64,000 nucleotides of DNA from a bacterium (GCA_965205845.1 CBDBIG010000003.1:313117-377116), one strand, 5' to 3'; shown: positions 55,411 to 64,000, counted from the first letter of the stretch. Translations and numbers: made by a program. Notes: generated by a model from the letters alone, not told the origin.

Positions 55411-56939
55411 ACCAAATCGGCACCGCAAAGGGCAAGGAGTAAGCGCTCAAGACCCACGGCCATGCCTGCAGCGGGCGGCATGCCTTGTTCGAGGGAGGTT
55501 AAAAAGGCTTCATCCAAAGGCAATTGAACCAAGCCAAGGTGCTGGCGCTGGATCAATTCTGTCTGATAGCGTTGACGTTGCTCCCTTGCATTGGTTAACT
55601 CACAAAAACCATTGGCGAGTTCAAGACGGTTAACATACCATTCCATCCGCAAGGCCACGCTGGAATCTTGGGGATGCAATTGCGCCAAACTCGCCGCTTG
55701 GGCTGGCCAATGTACCAACAGCACACAACCCATGGGCAGGCGTCCAATCAGCAGGTCGATTAAGGCCGTAAAGAGGCTGTTGAAGTCTGCTTGGGCAAAA
55801 CTTTGTAAATTGGGCAAGCCTGCTTTTTGCACTTGTTGATAAAGGGCTCGCGCGCCTTTTCTCCAGTTAGGCGTAATGCCTAAATAGTGGGTAAACGCTT
55901 GGGCCACGCTTAGTTCCAACCACGTATGACTTTGGCTTAAAGCACGCGCACACTGCTGCAAACTGGCTATTTTGGCCTGAATGCTTGCTTGGGCTTGGCT
56001 GGCTTTTGGCACCAAGGCATCGCCAAGGGTTTGCCACAATTGGGCTGCTTCCAATGCCAGAGGTGCACAGCTGGCACCCAGTTGTTTGAGACGCACCTTA
56101 AGCGTTTCCTCGTTTGCAAAACCCTCACACCATTCAAGCAGGGTAAACTCTGGGTTGTGTAGTGTGCCTAAATCGCCCCCGCGCCATACGGGCCCCAGGC
56201 GGTACACACGCGAAAACCCCCCACAAAGGAGGCGTTTTAAATGGTGTTCCGGGGAGGTAATCAGCCAGCTTTCTTCGGCAACAATGGGGTGAGACACCGC
56301 CTCTGGGTTAGGCCCTTGGGTAAGGCTTGGGGTTTCTACCTCTAAAAACCCTTGTTGATGCATTACCTCACGCAAACGGCGTACCAAACGGGCGCGCAAA
56401 TGGAGCCAATTCATGCGGCTGGGGTGGTAAACAACGGCTGATTCGAGTCCTTGCACAGTGATTGCGTGGTGGTGGCCCTGGTTTTGCGTGGCAGGAATGG
56501 TGCGTTCAAATTGATTCCAGCGCATGGAATCTCCCCCACCGTCCCAACGCAAAGGGCGGTGCAAGCAGCGCATGGAGAGCACTTGCTTTCGCGTCCAATC
56601 CACACTACAGGCAATCCAGTCCCCCGTTTTAACGTGCCCTTTTTGGACTTGGTTCAACATGGTGTCATGCAGCACAAATTTGCGCGTAATGCCATGTAAC
56701 TGGGTGAGACGCACCTGCCCAACAGGGCTGAGCATAAGCCAAATAAAAGCTGGGCGGGGGTGTGCGCTTTGGCTGGGAGTGATGGCGGGTTTCCGGACCG
56801 TGCTATCTATCTGTTTGCCCTTGCGCGGCGCTGCATTTGGGATATGCTCGGCGCTTTTGGTGTTTGGCTGCCGTTGAGTATCTTGCACACGCAGCACCCG
56901 TGCCCCAATCTCTTGCGCCCCAAGGACAGCCGCACTCAT
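55374..56939 (-). CDS. epmA: EF-P lysine-34 beta-lysyltransferase EpmA (PoxA/GenX; class II LysRS paralog) with ~175-aa N-terminal extension
   Basis: LysRS-like catalytic core: LRARLVRRLREVMHQQGFLEVETPSL (motif 1), FSRVYRLGPVWRG (motif 2-like), and NGFCELTNAREQR...PPAAGMAVGLERLL (motif 3). Adjacent to efp. The start ATG overlaps the efp stop (ATGA), supporting the long form. An alternative internal start MNWLH at 56414 gives a canonical 347 aa. Confidence 0.7.
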   Translation of the reverse strand: MSAAVLGAQEIGARVLRVQDTQRQPNTKSAEHIPNAAPRKGKQIDSTVRKPAITPSQSAHPRPAFIWLMLSPVGQVRLTQLHGITRKFVLHDTMLNQVQKGHVKTGDWIACSVDWTRKQVLSMRCLHRPLRWDGGGDSMRWNQFERTIPATQNQGHHHAITVQGLESAVVYHPSRMNWLHLRARLVRRLREVMHQQGFLEVETPSLTQGPNPEAVSHPIVAEESWLITSPEHHLKRLLCGGFSRVYRLGPVWRGGDLGTLHNPEFTLLEWCEGFANEETLKVRLKQLGASCAPLALEAAQLWQTLGDALVPKASQAQASIQAKIASLQQCARALSQSHTWLELSVAQAFTHYLGITPNWRKGARALYQQVQKAGLPNLQSFAQADFNSLFTALIDLLIGRLPMGCVLLVHWPAQAASLAQLHPQDSSVALRMEWYVNRLELANGFCELTNAREQRQRYQTELIQRQHLGLVQLPLDEAFLTSLEQGMPPAAGMAVGLERLLLALCGADLVEQLLPFAWHER

Positions 56940-57499
56940 TTTTTAACCCGTTCCACATATTCACCACTGCGGGTATCAATGCGCAATACCTCCCCTTTTT
57001 CCACAAACAACGGGACCTGAATGACCGCACCCGTTGACAATGTGGCAGGTTTGCGCCCGCCTGTAACGGTATCACCCTTTACCCCTGGGTCGGTATCGGT
57101 TACCTCGAGTTCAACAAAATTGGCTAGGGAAACGCTAATGGGTTGGTCATTATGCAACAGCACGCTAACGTCAGTGTTTTCCAGCAAAAAGTGCGCATCG
57201 TCCCCCAACGCTTCTTTGGTTAATTGATACTGCTCATAGCTGCTTTGATCCATAAAAGTGTAGATATCCCCTTCTTTGTAAAGGCATTGCATGGTCCGCG
57301 AGTCGAGGGAGGCCTGTTGTAGTTTTTCGCCTGACTTCCAAGTACGATCAAGCACTGCACCGTTAAGCATGTTACGAATTTTGCAGCGGGTAAACGCATT
57401 GCCCTTGCCTGGTTTTACAAACTGAAAATCAATCACCGTGTAGGGGTTACCATCAATTTCAATTTTGAGTCCTTTGCGAATGTCTGAGGTATCGTACAT
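56936..57499 (-). CDS. efp: Elongation factor P
   Basis: MYDTSDIRKGLKIEIDGNPYTVIDFQFVKPGKGNAFTRCKIRNM. The KPGKG loop carries Lys, i.e. the EpmA-modified type. Confidence 0.93.
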   Translation of the reverse strand: MYDTSDIRKGLKIEIDGNPYTVIDFQFVKPGKGNAFTRCKIRNMLNGAVLDRTWKSGEKLQQASLDSRTMQCLYKEGDIYTFMDQSSYEQYQLTKEALGDDAHFLLENTDVSVLLHNDQPISVSLANFVELEVTDTDPGVKGDTVTGGRKPATLSTGAVIQVPLFVEKGEVLRIDTRSGEYVERVKK

Positions 57500-57778
57500 C
57501 CCGCCTTTGTGCTGCTCCTTGTCGTTTTGCTATTTTTGGGTGTTCTCTGCTGAGACTCTCAATGCTTGAGATACAACAAACATGGCGTAAAGTAAATCCA
57601 ATGTTTTCTTTGGCAAGGTTTGTAAAAGGGTGTACGAAAGTGCTCAGGGATGGCTATAGGGAGAGAAAATCTGAGGCTTGAGAAGCCACCCCCAAGCTTT
57701 TCCGCAGCATTTTTGTTATTAAGGGTCTCGAAGCCCTTGTTCGAAGCGCACTCTGCTCTCAAACCCTTTATAGTGTTA

Positions 57779-57788
57779 GGGGGGGGGG
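57779..57788. repeat. G10 homopolymer in the efp upstream / flgL downstream intergenic region
   Basis: TTAGGGGGGGGGGAATAAG read directly. Confidence 0.9.
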
Positions 57789-57860
57789 AATAAGCCATCG
57801 TTACCCTGACAGGGCCACGTTCCCTTTTGTTGTTGAGAGGCAAGACGGGAGGGTTTTTGC

Positions 57861-59111
57861 TTAGCGCAGAAAGTCGAGCAAACTGGGGGCTAACAAGCGC
57901 TCCCCCGTGTGCAGTACCGAGCGGTATTTGGTTTCTGCCGTGTTCAAATCAATCGAGGCATCGGCCACGTCCAAATCTTCTACCACCGAGATGCGCTGGG
58001 TGTTTAAAAATTCGCGATCGTCCATGGTTTGCAGGCGGTCTTGCAAGGTTTTGCTCACTATCCCCACATCAGAGCGCCGCAGAAATGCTCGATTTAAGGC
58101 GCGGTCAATCTCTCCCAAGCGCGCACTCAAAGTTTTGCCATCATCGCTTTTTAGTGCCTCGATGAGGCCTTTTAGCAAAGTGAACGTATCGCCATCATCC
58201 TCTTTTGCGCCATCGCTTTTTTGAGGCCAAAAAATTTCTGGAGCGGTCAGGTTGATTGCCCTCGTTTTGCCGTCTCCAATGGGTGCCAAGCGTTTGGCAT
58301 CATCCCCTACATAGGTCAGGTAGGGATTAGGTTGTACCTTAAACATCAGCCCCTCGTCAAAAAACATTTGCGTGTTCGACACACTGCCCTCAAAGCGCAT
58401 TTGTGTTTTTTCGCTGGGCAAGCCGTGAGGATTCACCAGCTCAATCACAGGGCGTAACAATTGCTCTCGACTAAAGGTTTTGCCACCATCGTCGGATACC
58501 ACAAAATGCGCCTCACCAAAGCCACCCTCCTTGACCACCCGTACTTCATATTCGCGATTAAAATGCCCCTCTACATCGACCACCATGCTCTGCTTGCCCA
58601 ACGCCAAGGCAGCTTGCGTGGTTAAGCCACCCCCATCAATGGTGGCTTGGGTTACCTCTGGGTTTTTCACCAAAGGTGGTTTAAGCGTACTGCTTCCCGC
58701 AAATAGGTGTACTTTGCCAAGGCGGTTATTGCCTATATCTATCAGGGATCTCAAAATATCCTCGAGTTCATTGGCAGCCAATCTGCGCGTTTCTGCATCG
58801 AAGGTATCGTTGGCATGGGTAATCACAATGCCTTTGGCACGGTTAAGCAATTCTGCCGATTGTTGTAGTTCTTGCTCGGTCCGATCAAGCCACACGTAGT
58901 TGTCTTGGACGGCGCGTTTCACCGCTTGGGCATGGGAGACGCGGGTACGGTGGTCTTGTACTTGAGCAGCACCGATTGGGTCATCTGAATAGCGATTGAT
59001 ACGCCGTCCGCTGCTCAATTTCTCTTGAATTTCTTGCAAACGCCCGCTGGAATTTTGCAAATTGCGTACCGTTTCTCCGTGGCGCGTTGTGTCTGATACA
59101 CGCATAAGCAA
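57861..59111 (-). CDS. flgL: Flagellar hook-associated protein 3 (HAP3)
   Basis: Flagellin-like N-terminus MLMRVSDTTRHGETVRNLQNSSGRLQEIQEKLSSGRRINRYSDDPIGAA, and a C-terminal helical region. Follows flgK. Confidence 0.8.
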   Translation of the reverse strand: MLMRVSDTTRHGETVRNLQNSSGRLQEIQEKLSSGRRINRYSDDPIGAAQVQDHRTRVSHAQAVKRAVQDNYVWLDRTEQELQQSAELLNRAKGIVITHANDTFDAETRRLAANELEDILRSLIDIGNNRLGKVHLFAGSSTLKPPLVKNPEVTQATIDGGGLTTQAALALGKQSMVVDVEGHFNREYEVRVVKEGGFGEAHFVVSDDGGKTFSREQLLRPVIELVNPHGLPSEKTQMRFEGSVSNTQMFFDEGLMFKVQPNPYLTYVGDDAKRLAPIGDGKTRAINLTAPEIFWPQKSDGAKEDDGDTFTLLKGLIEALKSDDGKTLSARLGEIDRALNRAFLRRSDVGIVSKTLQDRLQTMDDREFLNTQRISVVEDLDVADASIDLNTAETKYRSVLHTGERLLAPSLLDFLR

Positions 59112-59179
59112 AACCTGTGCTAGCCCTAAAAAAGGGGATTGTATTCATAGTGTGTTTTTTAAAATCCTGCCCTTGAGCA

Positions 59180-60871
59180 TTACAGGTCAAGCACCGTTTG
59201 GGTCATTTCATTCACCGTGTTTAAAAACTTTGCAGAAGCCTCAAAACCCCGTTGATGCTGCACCATGGCGGCCAACTCCTCATCGGTATTCACCCCCGAA
59301 ACCTCGTTACGCAGTTTTTGAAACTGGTCGACGATTAAGCGGTGGTTTTCTGCCTCTTGTTGTACGCGATCAATCTCTAAGCCAAGGTCAATCAAACTGC
59401 CATTGTAGTATTCATCCAAGGTGCTGGTTTGCTGGTTTAGCAGGTTCGAAAACTGGAGTTGATGAATTCCCAAAGCGACAGAATTGTCCCCTGGCTTAAG
59501 GCGTTGGCCCGTGGTAACCTGTTGGGGGTTGTTGACAATATCTGGGTTGAGGCTAAAATTTTTGGCCCCTCCGCTGCTGTGAAAAAAACCATTTAGCCCC
59601 AAAGCCACGCTAAAATCGCTTTCATCGGGTCCCAGCACAAAATGCTCCCCGGGGGCTGCTTGCAACTGCACCCGCCCTTGGGAATCAATCTCGGCCATTA
59701 GGTGGCCACCTGCCAGTTGGTTAATCCGGGTTACCACATCTTCGACGCTGTCTTTGCCCGCGTGTACGGGAATTTCGAGGGTATTGCGGATGGTTTCGCC
59801 ATCGGGGCTGGTAAATTGGACGCGAAACATGCCATCACGCAAAAAGGGAGCGGGGTTATCCTGCCATAAATGTCCCATCTCTGCTGCCCCTTGCAGGCTT
59901 TCAAAACGATGGAGCAGGCCCGTGCCTGGGTTGTGCAAACGGTTTACCTCATACATTAGGGTGTCCGCCAGGGTGTTGAGTTCATCGAGCGCTTTGGAAG
60001 CCGTTTTATCACGCACCTCCACCATGTGGTGCAATGCGCCGCTTTTAAGCGTATAGGTTAAATTGTGTGGCGGGCCAGAGGATTGCAGCCCGTGAATTTG
60101 CATGCTGGCTGCGCTTTTAAATTCTGCGGGTGCAAGATGCAGCCTTGATGATACCCCGCCGTTAACCAGAGGAAATCCGTTGCCAATGCTTACATTGAGC
60201 ATCTTTTTATTATCCTCGACCCATTTCACCTCCACAATGCGGGAAAGTTCTTTGAGGGCTTTTTCGCGCGCATCGCGCAGATCGTTGGCCTCACCACGCA
60301 ACCGATCTACCCGTGAAATTTGCCTGTTGAGTTCGGCAATTTTGTTCGCCTTTTGGTTGACCTCATGAATGCTTTGGCTTAAGCGTTCATTAAAATCTCC
60401 GCGCAAGGTTTCAATGCTGTTGTGCAAACCGCCCATGCGCTCTGCCAAAGCCTCGCCTTTTTGCAACACATCGCGCCGATGAATTTCTTGCTCGGGGTTG
60501 TTGGCCAAACCCGACCACGAACCCCAAAATGCGTTTAAAGCCTCGCGCAGGCCATTGCCCTCAATCTCGGCAAACAAGCTTTCCAAAGCACGCAAGCCTT
60601 GTTGGCGTACCCCAAGGCCAGCATCGGTTGATTGCTCTGCAATCAGCCGTTTGTTCACAAAATTGTCGCGTACCTGGGCTACCCGCTCCACATCCACCCC
60701 GCCACCTAACAAATTGCGGGTAGGGTGCTTGGCGGCGTATTCCACCCTTTGGCGTGAGTAGTTTTCATCTTCCGCATTGGCGATGTTATGCCCAGCCGTT
60801 TGCATGCCCGACTGCTGCACTTGCATGGCGCGTGCGCCAAGGCTTAGCTGAGAAAACAATGAACTCGTCAT
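59180..60871 (-). CDS. flgK: Flagellar hook-associated protein 1 (HAP1)
   Basis: MTSSLFSQLSLGARAMQVQQSGMQTAGHNIANAEDENYSRQRVE (FlgK N-terminal rod/hook-family motif), and the C-terminal ...QRGFEASAKFLNTVNEMTQTVLDL. Confidence 0.88.
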   Translation of the reverse strand: MTSSLFSQLSLGARAMQVQQSGMQTAGHNIANAEDENYSRQRVEYAAKHPTRNLLGGGVDVERVAQVRDNFVNKRLIAEQSTDAGLGVRQQGLRALESLFAEIEGNGLREALNAFWGSWSGLANNPEQEIHRRDVLQKGEALAERMGGLHNSIETLRGDFNERLSQSIHEVNQKANKIAELNRQISRVDRLRGEANDLRDAREKALKELSRIVEVKWVEDNKKMLNVSIGNGFPLVNGGVSSRLHLAPAEFKSAASMQIHGLQSSGPPHNLTYTLKSGALHHMVEVRDKTASKALDELNTLADTLMYEVNRLHNPGTGLLHRFESLQGAAEMGHLWQDNPAPFLRDGMFRVQFTSPDGETIRNTLEIPVHAGKDSVEDVVTRINQLAGGHLMAEIDSQGRVQLQAAPGEHFVLGPDESDFSVALGLNGFFHSSGGAKNFSLNPDIVNNPQQVTTGQRLKPGDNSVALGIHQLQFSNLLNQQTSTLDEYYNGSLIDLGLEIDRVQQEAENHRLIVDQFQKLRNEVSGVNTDEELAAMVQHQRGFEASAKFLNTVNEMTQTVLDL

Positions 60872-61077
60872 AAGGGGCCACGGTTATGGGTAAAAAAGGA
60901 ATCTGCAATAGGATTTTTAAACGCGCACACCATGCATCAATTCGGGGTCCATGGCTTGCATCAAGGTGGGTACAAGGGCTGTTTTTTTATTAAGAGGATG
61001 ACCACCCACCTCATTAAAAAGGGTATTTGAACACGGCATTCCCCAGTTCCCATTACGCGGTTCTTGTACGGAACAAT

Positions 61078-61112
61078 GCAAAAAGGGCGCAAAAAGGGCG
61101 CAAAAAGGCGCA
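61078..61112. repeat. 11-bp repeat GCAAAAAGGGC x3 (phased A5 tracts) about 210-240 bp upstream of flgK
   Basis: GCAAAAAGGGCGCAAAAAGGGCGCAAAAAGGCGCA read directly. Same unit as the array at 62955-63020. Confidence 0.9.
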
Positions 61113-61303
61113 TTTTGTTGCTCTGGCGGGTAAAGCATCTGAGATGTGATAACAAAGAAACAAAAACCAACGCGCCAAGGCGCGATGCCAGGGGTGTATG
61201 GGCTGAACAAGGGCCGTTTGTTGCCAATACATGCTGAAATCTGGCGTGACTAAACACAACTGTGATCCCCCAAAAGTTTTTGCACTTTTGTAAGTTGCAC
61301 GTT

Positions 61304-61837
61304 TTAAACCGATTTGCTGGTAAAATGCATGGTGCGCTGGGCCAGACGGCCTGCACCGGAGTAAGTGGTGTGCAGTTTGGCTGCCTCGCAAATAACATGC
61401 AAGGTCGCATCCATGGCCTGCAAACGGGCTTTGGCGTTGCGTGCCGTGTGCGCTGCCATGCGTTGAATATCTTGTGCTTGTTGTCTTAGCTTTTGATGCA
61501 ACGGCAAAAAAGCGTCCGCGTTTTCAGCAGCAGCGCAGTTTGCCAAGTCTTTTAGGCATGGCGGACTATTGCTCACCCCCCATTGGGTGCCCAATTCGAT
61601 GGCACACGCAACAAGTGCTTTCTCAACATCTTGTACTTCCACAGCCATACGCGACTTGCGCTGTTGGAGGCGGGTAAAATCGGTAGCATTCAGTTTTCCA
61701 TCATTTTCCAGTTCGTAAGCCAATGCTTTTTCCATGGCAACCAGGGTCTTTTCCAATTTGCGCAACAACCCCAGCATGGCCTGGGCACTGCCTTCGCCGC
61801 GTCCTAACGATGTGGGTTCATTGGCTAAAGAAGGCAT
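61304..61837 (-). CDS. flgN: Putative flagellar export chaperone FlgN-like protein
   Basis: 177-aa helical protein between flgM and flgK (the canonical flgN position), with LEKTLVAMEKALAYELENDGKLNATDFTRLQQRKSRMAVEVQDVEKAL. Mainly a positional call. Confidence 0.4.
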   Translation of the reverse strand: MPSLANEPTSLGRGEGSAQAMLGLLRKLEKTLVAMEKALAYELENDGKLNATDFTRLQQRKSRMAVEVQDVEKALVACAIELGTQWGVSNSPPCLKDLANCAAAENADAFLPLHQKLRQQAQDIQRMAAHTARNAKARLQAMDATLHVICEAAKLHTTYSGAGRLAQRTMHFTSKSV

Positions 61838-61928
61838 ACGTAAAAAAACCAGCGAGCCCGTTTGCCTTGTTCAAGCATAAGGGAGGGGGTTGGGGGAAAA
61901 AAAGGGAGGGGGCCTCCTTAGAAAGCCA

Positions 61929-62234
61929 TTACAAGCGCTCGTGAATCGCTTCTGCAACCAGTTTGTCGGCCACCGCGTTGGCATTGACTTGGTAAGTGCC
62001 TGCTTGAATCTCGGCACGCAGGGTTTCCACTTTTTTCATGTCGACATCCGGTGTGTCGGCAATTGCCTGCTTTAGTTTGTGCACGGTTAAGGCTGGGCGT
62101 GCCTGACCTTGCAAGCCCTGAGGGGCTTTACGAAAGGGGCTAGTATCTTTTTTTACCTGAAACTCACCTGCGCCACGGCTTTTTGCATGGCGCGTTTCTG
62201 GCGAAATATGAGGGGTGCTGGGATCAACCTTCAT
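61929..62234 (-). CDS. flgM: Anti-sigma-28 factor FlgM
   Basis: 101 aa. C-terminal KLKQAIADTPDVDMKKVETLRAEIQAGTYQVNANAVADKLV matches the FlgM sigma28-binding helices (…IK.AI……VD..KV..LK..I..G.Y.VD…IA.KL). Confidence 0.75.
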   Translation of the reverse strand: MKVDPSTPHISPETRHAKSRGAGEFQVKKDTSPFRKAPQGLQGQARPALTVHKLKQAIADTPDVDMKKVETLRAEIQAGTYQVNANAVADKLVAEAIHERL

Positions 62235-62455
62235 GGTAAACTCCTATAGATAGAGGCAGTCAGTGGTTTTGTGTGTGGGTGTTTGTTTTAAAATACGGCT
62301 TGCGTGTTTTAACAATGGGTATCAAGCGGTGTTTATCAAGTGACAACGCAGTGCCAAGCAAACAGCCATCACCCGCCATCATGCTACCTTATTTAAACCC
62401 TTGATGCCCAGCGTGTTCTGCCTTGCAGGGCCCGCGTCTCAGCCCTTCGTTTTGC

Positions 62456-62878
62456 TTAAGGGATCACGGGTGCCCCTTTACTGGGTGCAAGGGCCGCTTT
62501 TTCAGTATAAGGATTTTTGCTGCCTTGATGAACTGCGGCGCGCTCTGCTAGGGGCTCGTATTTTTTAAGCGATTGCAGTAAATTTTCCGTAAAACCGAGA
62601 CCCCCGTTTTCACCAATTAAGCGCACGTACTCCGTGTCAAGCATTTCGGTAAACCATTCTTGGCTGGTGGTTTTGCCAAATAGATCCGACTTTGGGGTGG
62701 CTTTGCGCATCGAGCGCACCATCATCTCGGTCAGCATATTCTCAAATTCTTGCGCTGCCTTGCGTAACTTCACCATATCTTGCGCTTTGTTGGCTTCTGC
62801 TGCTGCACTTTGGGTTTGTGCAAGCTGGTGTTGCTTGCGTGGCAGGCTTGCGTAGTCTGGAATAATATTGAGTGCCAT
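62456..62878 (-). CDS. flgJ: Flagellar rod-binding protein FlgJ (N-terminal Rod_binding domain only; no muramidase domain)
   Basis: AAQEFENMLTEMMVRSMRKATPKSDLFGKTTSQEWFTEMLDTEYVRLIGENGGLGFTENLLQSLKK matches the Rod_binding family consensus. Start set at MALNIIPDY (62878). The ORF-track start is 62926. Confidence 0.75.
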   Translation of the reverse strand: MALNIIPDYASLPRKQHQLAQTQSAAAEANKAQDMVKLRKAAQEFENMLTEMMVRSMRKATPKSDLFGKTTSQEWFTEMLDTEYVRLIGENGGLGFTENLLQSLKKYEPLAERAAVHQGSKNPYTEKAALAPSKGAPVIP

Positions 62879-62954
62879 TTTTTTTAAAAACCTAACCCTT
62901 CGTTGTAAAAGCAGGTGGCAAGTCAAGGGAGACTGACTATCAGCCCACTATAAT

Positions 62955-63020
62955 GCAAGAAGGGTGCAAGAAGGGTGCAAAAAGGGCGCAAAAAGGGCGC
63001 AAAAAGGGCGCAAAAAGGGC
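62955..63020. repeat. 11-bp repeat x6 (GCAAGAAGGGT x2 + GCAAAAAGGGC x4), helically phased A-tracts immediately upstream of flgJ-flgM
   Basis: TGCAAGAAGGGTGCAAGAAGGGTGCAAAAAGGGCGCAAAAAGGGCGCAAAAAGGGCGCAAAAAGGGCACAAGG read directly. The 11-bp period is about one helical turn. Confidence 0.9.
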
Positions 63021-63246
63021 ACAAGGCAAAGCATTAAAAAGAGAGAGCATGTCAGACTAGGCACTTTACAAGCCTTGGCTCTAAACCCTTGCAGTGCGAA
63101 GTGGGGGTAGGCCCGTATGACAGCAAGGAGTGTGGCGTAAACCCCAAGGGTCTCCTCTTGCGTGGCTGAGTGATAAGGGGAAGGAAAAAGGGTTTTTCCT
63201 TTAAAAAAAAACGGCTGATGGCTTTTTTAAAAAAGGGTGTTCTTTC

Positions 63247-64000
63247 CTAGCGAATCTCCAATTCTGCATGCAAAGCCCCAGCATTTTTGATGCCGCGCAG
63301 TATTTGCACCAAATCTGCTGGCGAAGCCCCAATGCGATTCAGGCCTTCGACCACCTCTTTTAGGTCGACCTCCCCTTTAAACAGGGCAATCCCGCGCTTT
63401 GTTGGGTCCCCAAGGGCACTCCCAGGCTCGGCGTTGGCTCCATTACTGTTTTCAGGACCCACTTCAATGCGAATACCCCCCTGGGAAATGGCCACGGGTG
63501 CGATGCGCACATGCTGACCCATCACAATCGAGCCCGCACGTTCATCAATAATTACTTTGGCAACAAAGTCGGGTTCCACCTCCAAATTTTCAATTCGTGA
63601 AAGCAACTCCACAGTACGCCCTAAATAACTATCGGGCACAGAGATTTCAACAGAACCTGCATCTTTGGCTTGGGCTGAACCTTCACCCAAAGCGCGATTC
63701 ACCGCCTTGGCCAAACGATAGGCTGTGGTAAAATCGCTTTGCTTAAGGTTAATGTACACGCGGGTGCGGGTGTTTAAATTGAGGTTGATTTCGCGCTCAA
63801 CCAGTGCACCGCTGGGCACGTGGCCTTTTGTAGCCACCAGGCTTGAGCGCGAATCGAGGCGGGTGCGGGTGTCTGTACTGGTGTCCAAATCGCGCCGTAA
63901 CCCTTGTGGAATACCCGATATGGTCCCTTGTGCAATGGCATATACCTGCTGGTTGGTGGCACTTAAAGGGGTTAGCATCAGCGTCCCCCCACGCAAGGAG
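63247..64000 (-). CDS. flgI: Flagellar P-ring protein FlgI, C-terminal ~250 aa (5' end beyond window)
   Basis: …VAKVIIDERAGSIVMGQHVRIAPVAISQGGIRIEVGP... and the C-terminal GASPADLVQILRGIKNAGALHAELEIR match the FlgI C-terminal consensus. The ORF is open to the window edge. Confidence 0.85.
   Translation of the reverse strand, partial: SLRGGTLMLTPLSATNQQVYAIAQGTISGIPQGLRRDLDTSTDTRTRLDSRSSLVATKGHVPSGALVEREINLNLNTRTRVYINLKQSDFTTAYRLAKAVNRALGEGSAQAKDAGSVEISVPDSYLGRTVELLSRIENLEVEPDFVAKVIIDERAGSIVMGQHVRIAPVAISQGGIRIEVGPENSNGANAEPGSALGDPTKRGIALFKGEVDLKEVVEGLNRIGASPADLVQILRGIKNAGALHAELEIR

Noticed and set aside
54966-55442. A 158-aa plus-strand ORF between yebC and epmA.
   Set aside because: It runs antisense across the epmA 3' end and the 56-bp duplication. 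It has no motifs and odd composition, so it is likely spurious.
1-64000. Mobile elements (IS or transposase, integrase, phage genes), which would be the usual explanation for the repeat density.
   Set aside because: No ORF in the window has transposase, integrase or phage hallmarks. The only horizontally-acquired-looking DNA is the decayed R-M locus at 33.5-34.7 kb. The repeats are tandem with no terminal inverted repeats.

Overview
This 64-kb window is a chromosomal segment from a diderm (Gram-negative-type), flagellated bacterium with moderate GC (~53-55%). I cannot assign a taxon from sequence alone.

It carries about 55 protein-coding genes, mostly housekeeping. These include the 5' part of mrdA (PBP2), trpB, an HDAC-family deacetylase, an orphan ccmB, and trpD-trpC. 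There are two paralogous outer-membrane beta-barrel genes and a third unrelated one. Further genes are scpB, fxsA, lipA, glutathione S-transferase, two MBL-fold hydrolases, leuB, a NUDIX hydrolase, hemL, and a split atpZ-atpI-atpB-atpE F0 operon. Then come ffh, rpsP-rimM-trmD, a sirtuin, a gamma-carbonic-anhydrase-like protein, nfeD-SPFH, a CMD-family protein, folP, and an 844-aa FtsX-type ABC permease. A minus-strand addB-addA cluster sits next to a long tandem-domain thyX. The window ends with DUF3047, mgtE, gatC, ssb, ruvA-ruvC-yebC, epmA-efp, and a flagellar cluster flgI-flgJ-flgM-flgN-flgK-flgL. Two tRNAs are present, tRNA-Cys(GCA) and tRNA-Leu(TAA). No rRNA, CRISPR array, transposase or integrase was seen.

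The most unusual property is a high density of young, near-identical tandem duplications (units of about 54-56, 62, 85-87, 96-101, 240 and 355 bp, 2-6 copies each). They are anchored on gene boundaries and repeatedly copy the 3' end of a gene including its stop codon (HDAC, atpZ, SPFH, thyX, epmA). Some copy a 5' end instead, as at rimM and at the folP/FtsX-permease junction where a chimeric ORF is created.

Other notable items are a 1.7-kb gene-free, repeat-rich region between atpE and ffh with a candidate duplicated small RNA, and a decayed restriction-modification locus containing a beta-class DNA methyltransferase pseudogene. addA and addB carry homopolymeric tracts, and addB also has an in-frame 9-bp x9 repeat. 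Arrays of 11-bp phased A-tracts, predicting intrinsically bent DNA, lie upstream of flagellar genes.
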